From the NCBI GenBank assembly GCA_019244185.1, contig JAFATB010000009.1:25218-89217 (forward strand): DNA of 64,000 nt, read 5' to 3'. Positions 39,158 through 50,050 of this stretch are shown piece after piece. Both the position numbers and the translations under genes were made by a program. How positions within the stretch are numbered: the stretch's first letter is position 1; every line of letters begins with the position of its first letter. This DNA comes from Acidobacteriota bacterium. GTDB lineage: Bacteria > Acidobacteriota > Thermoanaerobaculia > Gp7-AA8. The notes beneath the pieces are model-generated. The model did no database searches and was not told the DNA's origin. It saw only the letters and a program-made list of their open reading frames with translations.

Positions 39158-40861
39158 TCAGTCGCCGGCGGCTTCGCCGCCGCGGCGCGTATCGGCGGCG
39201 CCCATGCGCGTGCCGTTCGTGTCGATGCCGATCATCTGCGCGTCGCCGATCGTGTCGGAGTCCGCGAAGCCGGCCTTCGCGCGGAGCTTGTGGCCCATGC
39301 GCTCGAGCGCCGCGCGTGTATCACCCTGCAAGTCGAACGGCTCCCAATAGAGCTCGTCGGGCAGCCATTGATGATGGATGCGCGGCGCGCTGACGGCTTC
39401 GGCGATGTTCATCTTGAAGTCGATGACGTTGACGAGCAGCTGCAGCACCGTGTTGATGATCGTGGGACCGCCGGGGCTGCCGAGGGCGTAGGCGAGCTTG
39501 TTGTCCTTCAGCACGATCGCGGGAGTCATCGAGGAGAGCGGGCGCTTGCGCGGCGCGATCGAGTTCGCCTCGCCTTGAATGAGCCCGTAGTAATTCGGAG
39601 TGCCGGGCGCGGAGCTGAAGTCGTCCATCTCGTCGTTGAGGAGGAAGCCGAGGCCGGTCGCGGTGACGCCGGCGCCGTAGCTGTCGTTGAGGGTGTACGT
39701 ATTGCTGACCGCGTTGCCTTGTGCGTCGATGACGCAGAAGTGCGTGGTCTGCGTCGACTCGTACGGCGCGGGATCGCCGGCGCCGGTCGTGGCGCTCGGC
39801 GTGGCGTGCTCGGGATCGATCGTCTTGCGGCGCGATTCCGCGAACGCGGCCGAGGTGAGCGCGGCCACCGGCACCTTCACGAAGTCGGTGTCGCCGAGAA
39901 ACTGCGCGCGGTCCGCGAACGCCCGCCGCATCACCTCGGTCATCAGGTGGACGTGTTGCGACGAATGCCAGCCCATCGCGCCGAGGTCGTACGGCTCGAG
40001 CATGTGCAGCATCTCGATCAGCGCGATCCCGCCGGACGACGGCGGCGGCATGGTCAGGATCTCGTAGCCGCGATAGGTCGTGCGGAGCGGCGTGCGCAGC
40101 GTTGGCTCGTACGTGCGCAGATCTTCGGCGGTGACGAGGCCGCCGTGCGCGCGCATGTCGTCGACGAGCTGCTTCGCGGTTGCGCCTTCATAGAAGTCGC
40201 GTGGATCGGTGGCGATGCGCGCGAGCACGCGCGCGAGCTCCGGCTGCACGAGCTTGTCGCCCATGACGTACGGCTTGCCGTTGTTGAGGAAGATGCGTTT
40301 GCTGTCGGCGAACGGTTCCATCTTCTCGATGGACGATTTCTCGGCGAGGCTCTTGGCGAGCATGTAGTTGATGGTGAAGCCGTCGGCGGCGAGCTTCTGC
40401 GCCGGCGCAATGAGCTCCTTCCACGGCAGCTTGCCCCAGCGCTTGTGCGCGAGCGCGAGGCCGGCGACAGTGCCGGGGACGCCGACCGCTTTGTAGCCCT
40501 GCGTCGAGAGCTTCGGGATCACCTTGCCGTTCGCGTCGACGTACATCGTGCGCGTGGCGGCGAGCGGCGCGCGCTCGCGGTAGTCGAGGGCGATGGCGTT
40601 GCCGTCGGCGGTGCGCACGAGCATGAAACCGCCGCCGCCGAGGTTGCCCGCGGACGGCCACGTCACCGCGAGCGCGAAGCCGACCGCGACCGCGGCGTCG
40701 ACGGCGTTGCCGCCTTTCGCGAGGACGTCGGCGCCGATGTGCGAGGCGATCGGCGAGACGCACGAGACCATTCCGTGCGGCGCGCGCACCGGCTCGCGCG
40801 AGGCGGCCTGGAGCGCGTGGGGAATCAGCAGCAGAACGAGCAGCGCGAGGCGGCGATTCAT
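39158..40861 (-). CDS. ggt: Gamma-glutamyltransferase
   Basis: GGNAVDAA, GGGGFM, DYRERAP, nucleophile TTHF, PLSSMTP, GSPGG; signal peptide. Confidence 0.95.
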   Translation of the reverse strand: MNRRLALLVLLLIPHALQAASREPVRAPHGMVSCVSPIASHIGADVLAKGGNAVDAAVAVGFALAVTWPSAGNLGGGGFMLVRTADGNAIALDYRERAPLAATRTMYVDANGKVIPKLSTQGYKAVGVPGTVAGLALAHKRWGKLPWKELIAPAQKLAADGFTINYMLAKSLAEKSSIEKMEPFADSKRIFLNNGKPYVMGDKLVQPELARVLARIATDPRDFYEGATAKQLVDDMRAHGGLVTAEDLRTYEPTLRTPLRTTYRGYEILTMPPPSSGGIALIEMLHMLEPYDLGAMGWHSSQHVHLMTEVMRRAFADRAQFLGDTDFVKVPVAALTSAAFAESRRKTIDPEHATPSATTGAGDPAPYESTQTTHFCVIDAQGNAVSNTYTLNDSYGAGVTATGLGFLLNDEMDDFSSAPGTPNYYGLIQGEANSIAPRKRPLSSMTPAIVLKDNKLAYALGSPGGPTIINTVLQLLVNVIDFKMNIAEAVSAPRIHHQWLPDELYWEPFDLQGDTRAALERMGHKLRAKAGFADSDTIGDAQMIGIDTNGTRMGAADTRRGGEAAGD

Positions 40862-40933
40862 GGGGTGGAAGTGTAACGACAATGGGCGTTGCGGAACGCG
40901 CGGGTTGGGCGTAGATTGGCTGCGGTCCCTGCC

Positions 40934-41293
40934 ATGAAAGAGCAACTCCGGATGAGCGTCGTGCGGCGAAGCAATCGCTTTCGCGTGCTCATGAACCTTC
41001 CGCTCCGGATCGGCCGCAAGGACGGCACGCTCGTCGACATCAGCACCACCGGCGTCCTCGCCACGCACGCGGGCGTGCTGCAGACCGGCTCGAGCATCGA
41101 GATTTCCTTCACGCACGACAACCGCCGCTTCGTCTCCGAAGCCCGGGTCGAGACCTGCACGGTCGTCGGCCTCGGCGCCGGCCCAGGCGGCGCGACGCTC
41201 TACGCCTCGCGGCTCTTCTTCACGAAGCTGAGCGACGAGTCGAAGTCGATCCTCGAAAGCCTCGTCGGCGCCGACGACGGCTTCATTCCTTAG
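40934..41293 (+). CDS. PilZ domain protein
   Basis: RxxxR (RRSNR) and DxSxxG (DISTTG). Confidence 0.8.
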   Translation: MKEQLRMSVVRRSNRFRVLMNLPLRIGRKDGTLVDISTTGVLATHAGVLQTGSSIEISFTHDNRRFVSEARVETCTVVGLGAGPGGATLYASRLFFTKLSDESKSILESLVGADDGFIP

Positions 41294-41759
41294 CCTCGAT
41301 CGCTTTCGCGCGGCGCAGGTGGTTGAGCCGCGAGAGAAAGTGATAGGACGCGCCGGCCGCGATCGCGCCGGCAGCGGCGCCGATCGAGATGCGTCCCGCC
41401 CCGACCAGCACCCACGCGCCGTACAACGCCATCGGGATGTAGAGCAGCGTGCCGGTGACGACGCCGGGCGAGTAGCGCCGCATGCGGATGGTCGCCGCGA
41501 GGTGGAAGATGCCGTTCGCGCCGAGGAGCGTGGCGAAGAGGAGGAAGAACGCCGGGCCGATGGACGTACGCTGATCGATGCCGACGGCGAAGCAGCCGAA
41601 GAGCAGGGCGGCGTTGATCCAGAAGATGAACCGCCGCGACGCGCTGCTGGCGATCTCCGGATACGTGCGGTGGTACCAGGCGGTGAAGCCGCCGGGCCAG
41701 AAGAATTCTTCGACGATGTGGGCGGACGCGGCGGCGAGGGGAAGCCAGAAGAGGAGCAT
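41283..41759 (-). CDS. HXXEE-domain membrane protein
   Basis: HIVEEFFWPGGF, NGIFH, YSPGVVT. Confidence 0.85.
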   Translation of the reverse strand: MLLFWLPLAAASAHIVEEFFWPGGFTAWYHRTYPEIASSASRRFIFWINAALLFGCFAVGIDQRTSIGPAFFLLFATLLGANGIFHLAATIRMRRYSPGVVTGTLLYIPMALYGAWVLVGAGRISIGAAAGAIAAGASYHFLSRLNHLRRAKAIEAKE

Positions 41760-41775
41760 GGGGATGTGAGGTGGT

Positions 41776-41816
41776 ACGCGCGCGCCGCGGCGAGGTTTCA
41801 GCCGCGGCGCGCGCGT
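41776..41816. terminator. GC-rich hairpin downstream of argJ
   Basis: Stem acgcgcgcgccgcggc / gccgcggcgcgcgcgt; no U-tract. Confidence 0.5.
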
Positions 41817-41828
41817 CAGCTGCGGTCG

Positions 41829-43001
41829 TCAGCTGCGGTAGTCAGCGTTGAGACTGACGTAGTCGTGCCCGAGGTCGCTGGAGAGGATGACCGCGCGCCC
41901 GGAGCCGGCGCCGAGGTCGACGTGCAGCGGCACGCGCTCGCGCGCGAAGATCTTCGCCGCGTCCTTTTCGCGATAGACAACAGGTTGACCATCGCGCACG
42001 AGCGGCAGCGAGCCGGCGGTGAGCGAGACGCGCTTGACGGAAAAGCGCGCGCCGCTGCGGCCGGCGGCGGCGAGGATGCGTCCCCAGTTCGGATCGCCGC
42101 CGTGCAGCGCGGTCTTGACCAGCGGCGACGTCGCGATGGCGTGCGCGGCGAGCTTGGCCTCGCGCTCGGAGCGCGCGCCGGTGACTTCGAGCTCCATGAC
42201 GCGCGTCGCACCTTCGCCGTCGCGGACGATCATCCACGCGAGGTCGCGGCAGAGCGTGTTGAGCGCGCGCTGGAAGTCGGCGAGATCGGCGCCTTCGTCG
42301 TTGCCGAGCTTTCCCGACGCGAGCAGGAACACGGTGTCGTTCGTCGACGTGTCGCCGTCGACGGAGATCACGTTGAAGCTCTGATCGACGGCGGCGCGCA
42401 GCGCGCGCTGCAGCGCGGCCGGCTCGAGCGCGGCGTCCGTCATGACGAAGCCGAGCATCGTGGCCATGTTCGGATGGATCATGCCCGCGCCTTTGGCGAC
42501 GCCGACGAGGCGTCCGCGTTTGCCGCCGAGCGTGAACGTCGCCTGCGCGACTTTCGGCCCGACGTCGGTGGTGAGGATCGCGTGCGAGAGTCCTTCGCCG
42601 CCGCCGATGGAAAGGCGCGTGACGGCGTCGGGGAGCGATTCGCGGATCTTCTTGTCGGGCAGCACGACGCCGATGACGCCGGTCGACGCGAGAAGGATCT
42701 CCTCTTCGCCGCAATGCAGCAGCTCCGCGGCGCGCGTGCGGACGCGTTTCGCGGCGTCGAGACCTTCGCGTCCGGTGACGGCGTTCGCGCAACCGGCATT
42801 GACGACGATCGCTTTCGCGCGGCCGCCGGTTTTCTTCAGCGCCGCTTTCGACAGCACGACCGGCGCCGCCTGAAAGCGGTTCTTCGTGAACACGGCCGCG
42901 GCGTTCGCGCCGTCTTCGGCGACGATGAGCCCGAGGTCGGGGCGCTTCTTGCGGATGCCGGCGCGCACGCCGGAGGCGAGGAACCCCTTCGGCAGTTTCA
43001 T
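41829..43001 (-). CDS. argJ: Ornithine acetyltransferase ArgJ
   Basis: KGAGMIHPNMATML, DGDTSTND, DGEGAT, DPNWGRI. Confidence 0.96.
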   Translation of the reverse strand: MKLPKGFLASGVRAGIRKKRPDLGLIVAEDGANAAAVFTKNRFQAAPVVLSKAALKKTGGRAKAIVVNAGCANAVTGREGLDAAKRVRTRAAELLHCGEEEILLASTGVIGVVLPDKKIRESLPDAVTRLSIGGGEGLSHAILTTDVGPKVAQATFTLGGKRGRLVGVAKGAGMIHPNMATMLGFVMTDAALEPAALQRALRAAVDQSFNVISVDGDTSTNDTVFLLASGKLGNDEGADLADFQRALNTLCRDLAWMIVRDGEGATRVMELEVTGARSEREAKLAAHAIATSPLVKTALHGGDPNWGRILAAAGRSGARFSVKRVSLTAGSLPLVRDGQPVVYREKDAAKIFARERVPLHVDLGAGSGRAVILSSDLGHDYVSLNADYRS

Positions 43002-44254
43002 GCGAGTGCCTCCAGCGCGGCCCGCGCCGCGTCGCGCACGCGCGCGGGGGCGGTGCCGCCGTAGACGTTCTTCTTCGCGAGCACGTCGTCGACCGATCGG
43101 GTCGAGTGCGCGCCGGCGCGGCTCACGCGTTCGTGCGCCTCGCGAAACGGCACGCCCTGCGCCGCGAGCTCGTCGGCGGCGTCGGTGGCGAGGAGCAGCG
43201 GGCTCGCGGCGGCGGCGCGGAGTTTGTCGCGGTCGAGTTGCAGTCCGCCGATGAGCGCGGTGAGCGCGGGCAGCAGCACGGCGAGCGTCGCGCGCGTGCG
43301 GAAGAGCGGCTCTTTGTCGAGCTGCAGGTCTTTGTTGTACGCGAGCGGCAATCCTTTCAGCAGCGCGAGAAAGCCGGTGAGCTCGCCGAGCGCGCGCGCC
43401 GCGTGGCCGCGCGTCAGCTCGAGCACGTCGGGATTCTTTTTCTGCGGCATGCGCGACGAGCCGGTGGCCATCGCGTCGGGCAGCTCCGCGTAACCCGCCT
43501 CGTCGCTCGTGAGGAAGATGAGGTCTTCGGCGAAGCGCGACAGATGCGTGAGCAGCAGCGACGCGGCGAAGAGGTACTCCGCCGCGAAGTCGCGGTCGGA
43601 GACGGCGTCGAGCGAGTTCGCGGTGGCGCGCGCGAAGCCGAGGGTGTGCGCGAGACGCGCTCGGTCGATGGGCAGCGGAGTGCCGGCGAGCGCGGCGGAG
43701 CCGAGCGGGCATTCGTCGCCGCGCGCTTGCGCGTCGTTGAGGCGCGAGAGATCGCGCTGCAGCATGGCCACGTACGCCAGGCACCAGTGTCCGAACGTCA
43801 CCGGCTCCGCTTGTTTGAGATGCGTGTAGCCGGGCATCGGCGTTGCGGCCTCGTCGAGCGCGCGTTGCGCGAGCATGCGCGCGAGCGCCTTCGTCAGCGC
43901 GATGGCGTCGTCGCACGCGCGCTTGAGCCACAGCTTGAGATCCGTCGCGACCTGATCGTTGCGCGAGCGGCCGGTGTGCAGTTTTCCGGCGAGCGCGCCG
44001 AGATCTTTGCGCAGCGCGTCCTCGACGAACGAATGCACGTCTTCCGCGTCGGAATCGGTGAGCGTCACGCGGCGCAGCGCGGCGACGAGCGCGTTCGCTT
44101 CGTCCGCGGACAACACGCCCGCGGCGCCGAGCTCCGTGACCCACGCGATCGAACCTTCCACGTCTTCCGCGAACAGCTCCCGATCGAAGGCAAACGAGTC
44201 GTTGAGCGCGCGCAGCAGCGCGGACGGCCCTTCCGAAAAGCGGCCGCCCCACAT
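42998..44254 (-). CDS. argH: Argininosuccinate lyase
   Basis: WGGRF, HTGRSRNDQ, GSSRMPQKKNPD, LAYNKDLQ. Confidence 0.94.
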   Translation of the reverse strand: MWGGRFSEGPSALLRALNDSFAFDRELFAEDVEGSIAWVTELGAAGVLSADEANALVAALRRVTLTDSDAEDVHSFVEDALRKDLGALAGKLHTGRSRNDQVATDLKLWLKRACDDAIALTKALARMLAQRALDEAATPMPGYTHLKQAEPVTFGHWCLAYVAMLQRDLSRLNDAQARGDECPLGSAALAGTPLPIDRARLAHTLGFARATANSLDAVSDRDFAAEYLFAASLLLTHLSRFAEDLIFLTSDEAGYAELPDAMATGSSRMPQKKNPDVLELTRGHAARALGELTGFLALLKGLPLAYNKDLQLDKEPLFRTRATLAVLLPALTALIGGLQLDRDKLRAAAASPLLLATDAADELAAQGVPFREAHERVSRAGAHSTRSVDDVLAKKNVYGGTAPARVRDAARAALEALA

Positions 44255-44256
44255 GC

Positions 44257-45470
<1,214 letters not shown>

Positions 45471-45474
<4 letters not shown>

Positions 45475-46658
45475 GCTGCTTTCTCCTTTGCCGGAGCGAG
45501 GATGGAATCGAGCGACTCGACGAACGACGCGAGTGCTTTCTTCGGAACGATGTAGGGCGGCAGGAGCCGCAATACTTTTTCGCGCGCGGTGCCGACGACG
45601 AAGCCGTGCGTGAGCAGCTCGCGCGCGACCGGCGCGGCGGGACGATCGAGCTCGATGCCCCACATCAGCCCCGCGCCGCGGATGTCGACGATGCCGGTTT
45701 TGACGCGCGCGAGCTCGGACGCGAACCATTCGCCGAGCGCGTTGATCTGCGGCAGCAGTTTCTCGGTCTCTTCGAGCACGACCGCGCCGAGGCGGCACGC
45801 CACCGGGTTGCCGCCGAACGTCGTGCCGTGATGTCCCGGCTTCACAACGCCTTCGAGCGCGGCGCCGGTGAGCACCGCGCCGAGCGGCAGTCCGCCGCCG
45901 AGCGGCTTCGCGAGCGTGACCAGATCGGGCACGATGCCGCTCTTCTGAAAGGCGAAGAGATGACCGGTGCGCCCGAGGCCGCACTGGATTTCGTCGAGGA
46001 CGAGCATCGCGCCGGTGCGGTCGGCGATGCGCCGCGCGGCGATCAGAAAATCGTCGCTGAGCGGGATGATCCCGCCTTCGCCCATGACCGGTTCGAGGAA
46101 GATCGCGGCGGTGTCGTCGTCGACGGCCGCTTCGAGCGCGGCGATGTCGTTCGGCGCGACGAAGCTCACGCCCGGTACGAGCGGCGCGAACGGCGTGCGA
46201 TACGCCTCGTGTCCGGTCAGCGACAGCGACCCGAGCGTGCGGCCGTGAAAGCTCTCCTCGAGCGCGACGAGCTTCGTCTTCTTCGTGGCGAGACGCGCGA
46301 ACTTCAGCGCCGCTTCGTTCGCTTCCGTGCCGCTGTTGCAGAAGAACGCGCGGCAGAGTCCCGACGCGCGCACGAGCTTCTCGCCGAGGATGCCCTGCGC
46401 GGGGTGGTAGTAGAGATTCGAGACGTGCAGCAGCTCGTCGCCGGCGCTGCGCAGCGCCTTCACGATGCGCGGGTGCTTGTGCCCGAGCACGTTGACGGCG
46501 ATGCCGCCGAGCAAGTCCCAATACGCGCGGCCGTCGGCGTCGATGAGCTTCGCGCCGCGTCCGTCGCGCGGATGGAACGGCGTGCGTGCGTACGTTTTCA
46601 CGAGGAACGCGCTCTCGCGCGCCTCCACGGCGGCGGGTGATTCGTCATGCAGCAACAA
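45471..46658 (-). CDS. argD: Acetylornithine aminotransferase
   Basis: NSGTEANE, FHGRT, DEIQCG, AKPLGGG, HGTTFGGNP; TTG start after GGAGG. Confidence 0.92.
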
Positions 46659-47379
46659 GGCTGGTTCCTCCTTCTTCGCCAATCTCGATCGTGGGAACTC
46701 CCGCGCGCAGCGCCGCCAGCGCGGCCTGCAGCTTCGGACGCATGCCGCCGCTGACGCCGGCCAGAAACGCCTCCGCGTCGTCGGCGCCGAGCAGCGGCAC
46801 GACGTGGCCGTTCGCGTCGAGGACGCCGGCAACGTCGGTGAGAAAGCGCAGCGCCTGCGCGCGCAGCGCGACCGCAAGCGCGGACGCCGCGGCATCGGCA
46901 TTCACATTGAGCAACGTGCCGTGCGGACCTTCGGCGATCGACGAGACGACCGGCAGCACGCCGTAGGTCAGCATCGCGCGCACGAGCGTGGCGTTCGCGC
47001 GCGTGACGCGGCCGACGTGCCCGAGGTCGACGCCGTCGATCGGCTCGTGGCGTTCGGCGACGAGCGTCGCGCCGTCGCTGCCGCTGATGCCGGCCGCGCG
47101 GATGCCGCGCTTCGTCAGCTCCGCGACGAGCCTCTTGTTGACGCTGCCGCCGAGCACCGAGACCACGACGTCGAGCGTCGCGTCGTCGGTGATGCGCAGC
47201 CCCGCGTGCGTCCGCTTGGCGATGCCGAGCTTCGCCAGCATCGCGTCGATGTGCTTGCCGCCGCCGTGCACGAGCACGAGCTGCTCGCCGCGATTCCACG
47301 CCGCGGCGATGGCATCGAGCATCGCGTCGCGCCGCGACAGATCGTCGAGCAGCGAGCCACCGAGCTTGATCACCTTCAC
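46645..47379 (-). CDS. argB: Acetylglutamate kinase
   Basis: IKLGGS, VHGGG, GLRITD, NVNAD, GGMRPKL. Confidence 0.94.
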   Translation of the reverse strand: MKVIKLGGSLLDDLSRRDAMLDAIAAAWNRGEQLVLVHGGGKHIDAMLAKLGIAKRTHAGLRITDDATLDVVVSVLGGSVNKRLVAELTKRGIRAAGISGSDGATLVAERHEPIDGVDLGHVGRVTRANATLVRAMLTYGVLPVVSSIAEGPHGTLLNVNADAAASALAVALRAQALRFLTDVAGVLDANGHVVPLLGADDAEAFLAGVSGGMRPKLQAALAALRAGVPTIEIGEEGGTSLVAA

Positions 47380-48407
47380 AGCAGTCCCTCCGTCTCCGCG
47401 AATCCGCACATGCGGTTGAAGTTCTGTACGGCCTGCGAGGCCGCGCCCTTGAGCAGGTTGTCGATGGCCGCGACGATCACCGCCCGCCGCCCGCCCTGCA
47501 GCAGCGTGAAGCCGAGATCCGCGTACGGCGTATTCACGACGTCCTTCAGCTCCGGCAGCTGCGGCTTCACGCGCACGAGCGGCGCGTGCGCGTACGCGGC
47601 GGCATACGCCGCGCGCAGCTCGTCCGCGCTCACCGGATTCGTGAAGCCGACGTGCATCGTGGTGAAGATGCCGCGCGCGATCGGCAGCAGCTGCGGCACG
47701 AAGACGAGCGTCGTCTTGTCGCCGAGGTGCAGCCCCTGGCGGATCTCCGGCTCGTGCTTGTGATGGCCGACGCCGTATGCCTTGAAGTTGCCGAAGAGCT
47801 CCGAGAACGAGTACGCGAGGTCGGACTTTTTGCCCGCGCCGGTGACGCCGCTCTTCGCGTCGATGATCACCGGCTGCGCGCGGTCGATGAGATACGTGAT
47901 CGGCCGCAGCGCGAGCAGCACGGACGTCGGATAGCAGCCGGGGTTCGCGACGAGCCGCGCGCGCGTGAGCTCGCCGTTGCACCATTCGGTGAGGCCGTAG
48001 ACCGCGTCGGCGAGAAGCTCGGGATGCGGATGCGCGAAGCCGTACCACGACGGATAGAGCGCCGGCTCGCCGAGACGAAACGCGCCAGAGAGGTCGATGA
48101 CGCGCTTGCCGCGCGCGACGAGCTCCGGCGCGACGTCCGCGGAGACTTCGTTCGGCGTCGCGAGAAAGACGACGTCCGCTTCCGACGCGAGCAGCGCGTC
48201 GAGCGAGAACGTTTCGCTGGAAAGCGCCGCCGCGACATGCGCGTGCGGATGCCGCGCGAGCAGGCGCACGAGCTCCGCGCCCGCGTAGCCGGTCGCGCCC
48301 GCGATGGCCACGGTCTGGGTCGTGGGGGAGGGGAGAGGAACGGCGCGAAGCGCGGGCGCCTCCTCTCTTTCTGCAACGACACGAATATTCATGCTCAGGT
48401 TTTCCAT
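47376..48407 (-). CDS. argC: N-acetyl-gamma-glutamyl-phosphate reductase
   Basis: GATGYAG, ANPGCYPT, HKHEPEI, DNLLKGA. Confidence 0.94.
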   Translation of the reverse strand: MENLSMNIRVVAEREEAPALRAVPLPSPTTQTVAIAGATGYAGAELVRLLARHPHAHVAAALSSETFSLDALLASEADVVFLATPNEVSADVAPELVARGKRVIDLSGAFRLGEPALYPSWYGFAHPHPELLADAVYGLTEWCNGELTRARLVANPGCYPTSVLLALRPITYLIDRAQPVIIDAKSGVTGAGKKSDLAYSFSELFGNFKAYGVGHHKHEPEIRQGLHLGDKTTLVFVPQLLPIARGIFTTMHVGFTNPVSADELRAAYAAAYAHAPLVRVKPQLPELKDVVNTPYADLGFTLLQGGRRAVIVAAIDNLLKGAASQAVQNFNRMCGFAETEGLL

Positions 48408-48427
48408 GGCGGCCTTCCGGGTCCGCG

Positions 48428-48910
48428 CTAGGCGCGCGTACGGCGGCGCTGCGGCGCGAGGCCGGCGCTCTGGTGGACTCGCCGCGCGAATGCGGTGGCG
48501 GCGGCGGGAGTGCGGAACGCGACGAAGATCGTGTCGTCGCCGCCGATCGTGCCGAGGGCGTCTTCGATCGGGCTGGCGTCGATGGCGCTCGCGAGCGGCT
48601 GCGCGGCAGCCACCGGCGTCTTGATCACCACGAGATTCGCCGCCGCCTCGGCGAACACGACGGAATCATGCAGCAGCTGCTCGAGGCGGTGCTCGCGCGT
48701 CTCGCGCGGGCGGAAGTCGGCCACCGGCGCGAGCGCCTGCGGCGAGACGTAGCCGTTGGCGGTCTTCACGAGGCCGAGCTCGCGCAGGTCGCGCGAGAGC
48801 GTCGGCTGCGTGACCTGGAAGCCGCGCTTGCGCAGTGCCGCGAGCAGCTCGTCCTGCGAATGGACGGCCGTCTCGCCGACGACGCGGAGGATTTCCTCCC
48901 GCCTGCGCAT
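48428..48910 (-). CDS. argR: Arginine repressor
   Basis: VTQPTLSRDLREL, GTIGGDDT; GGAG SD upstream. Confidence 0.93.
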   Translation of the reverse strand: MRRREEILRVVGETAVHSQDELLAALRKRGFQVTQPTLSRDLRELGLVKTANGYVSPQALAPVADFRPRETREHRLEQLLHDSVVFAEAAANLVVIKTPVAAAQPLASAIDASPIEDALGTIGGDDTIFVAFRTPAAATAFARRVHQSAGLAPQRRRTRA

Positions 48911-48920
48911 CGCGTCTCCG

Positions 48921-48974
48921 CCTGCATGAATATTCATCGTCATGAATCTTTATGCATGAACCGGTTGCTGTCAA
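48921..48974 (-). promoter_or_regulatory. Tandem ARG boxes and -35 of the arg operon
   Basis: ccTGCATgaatATTCAtc (48921-48938) and caTGAATctttATGCAtg (48941-48958), 2-bp spacing; TTGACA on the minus strand at 48974-48969. Confidence 0.85.
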
Positions 48975-49053
48975 CTGCTATTTCAAGAAGTTCGGCTGAG
49001 AGTCGTGAGGGACTTTGAGCGCGTTTTGCGCGACTGAGAGCAGGAGGCCTCTC

Positions 49054-49785
49054 ATGTCCAAACGGTTCCTCGCCCTCGTCGTCGCTGTTTCCCTGCTCGC
49101 CGTCCCCGCATTCGCGAAGCGCCGCGCCGTCCGCGCGCCGGGACGCGCCGCCACGCCGCAGTGCTTCACCTTCGACTTCGTCACCGCGGGCACCACCGCG
49201 AGCTATCTCTCGACGACCCCCGGCGGGAACGTCACCTTCACCATTCATTGGCTGAGCGACACCGCCACCGAGACGCATACGACGCAGAGCGTGACCACAC
49301 CGCAGGCCACCGCGCAGGTCGAGACGATCCTCACCGGCGAGGCTGTCGGCACGCTCCGCGGGCTGCGTCACATTTATACGAAGACCACGACGCCCGTGCC
49401 GGTCATCGGCTCGACCGTCGTCGAGGTGGACATCGACTTCGTGCCGTCGCTCGTCGCCGGTCCCGCCGGCGGCTGGTGCACCAACGCGACGTGGACCGTG
49501 CCGGCGTCGACCGAAACGATCGTGACGAAGAGCGCCTTCGGTCAGCAGCAGCAAATCGTCACCACGGCCGCCTCGGAAGGGCAGGTCCTCGCCGTCGGCG
49601 AGTCGATCACCGTTCCGGCCGGCACGTTCGACACCGTCAAGTACCGCGGCGCGCTCGTGAACGGCTCGAACGTGCAGACGTCGATCACGTGGGTGTCGAT
49701 GGAGCGCAATATCGTCGTACGACAGGACACGCTCGACGGCGACGGCAACGTCACCACCACGACCGTGCTGACCTCAGTCCAATGA
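49054..49785 (+). CDS. Secreted Thr-rich beta protein with N-terminal KRRAVR motif
   Basis: AGGAGG SD; signal peptide ending AFA; ETITVPAGTF-like motif (ESITVPAGTFDT). Confidence 0.8.
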   Translation: MSKRFLALVVAVSLLAVPAFAKRRAVRAPGRAATPQCFTFDFVTAGTTASYLSTTPGGNVTFTIHWLSDTATETHTTQSVTTPQATAQVETILTGEAVGTLRGLRHIYTKTTTPVPVIGSTVVEVDIDFVPSLVAGPAGGWCTNATWTVPASTETIVTKSAFGQQQQIVTTAASEGQVLAVGESITVPAGTFDTVKYRGALVNGSNVQTSITWVSMERNIVVRQDTLDGDGNVTTTTVLTSVQ

Positions 49786-49835
49786 TTCCGCTGCACCGTT
49801 TTTTGCATCAGGCGCAATGGGAGGTCTTGGAGCCC

Positions 49836-50024
49836 ATGTCACGCGTCGAACGCACGAACGTCACGCAGAATCCCGGCGAGCGCCGCGGCTCGGAGCAGTT
49901 GCGCCAGGCCCGCAGCGGCCGCGCCGGCTCGAGCCGCGAGTCCAGCAATCCCGGCCACACCCCGACCAAGGCGGAAGGAGAAGTGGCCGACGTCGAACAG
50001 GCACTGAAGAATCAGAAGGAATAA
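49836..50024 (+). CDS. Small hydrophilic hypothetical protein
   Basis: GGAG SD, 62 aa, followed by a terminator. Confidence 0.55.
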   Translation: MSRVERTNVTQNPGERRGSEQLRQARSGRAGSSRESSNPGHTPTKAEGEVADVEQALKNQKE

Positions 50025-50048
50025 GGCGGGTCGCACCGACCCGCCTTT
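50023..50048 (+). terminator. Intrinsic terminator, possibly bidirectional
   Basis: aaggcgggtcg-cac-cgacccgccttt between convergent genes. Confidence 0.7.
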
Positions 50049-50050
50049 CC

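Noticed and set aside
37826-40876. 1016-aa plus-strand ORF, and similar long ORFs such as 58788-61730, 14764-16914 and the 4024-6534 part of the ccmA frame
   Set aside because: Antisense shadows of real high-GC genes, with no recognisable motifs.
49790-49808. sigma54 promoter upstream of the small ORF
   Set aside because: Lacks the GG at -24 and the spacing is off by one.
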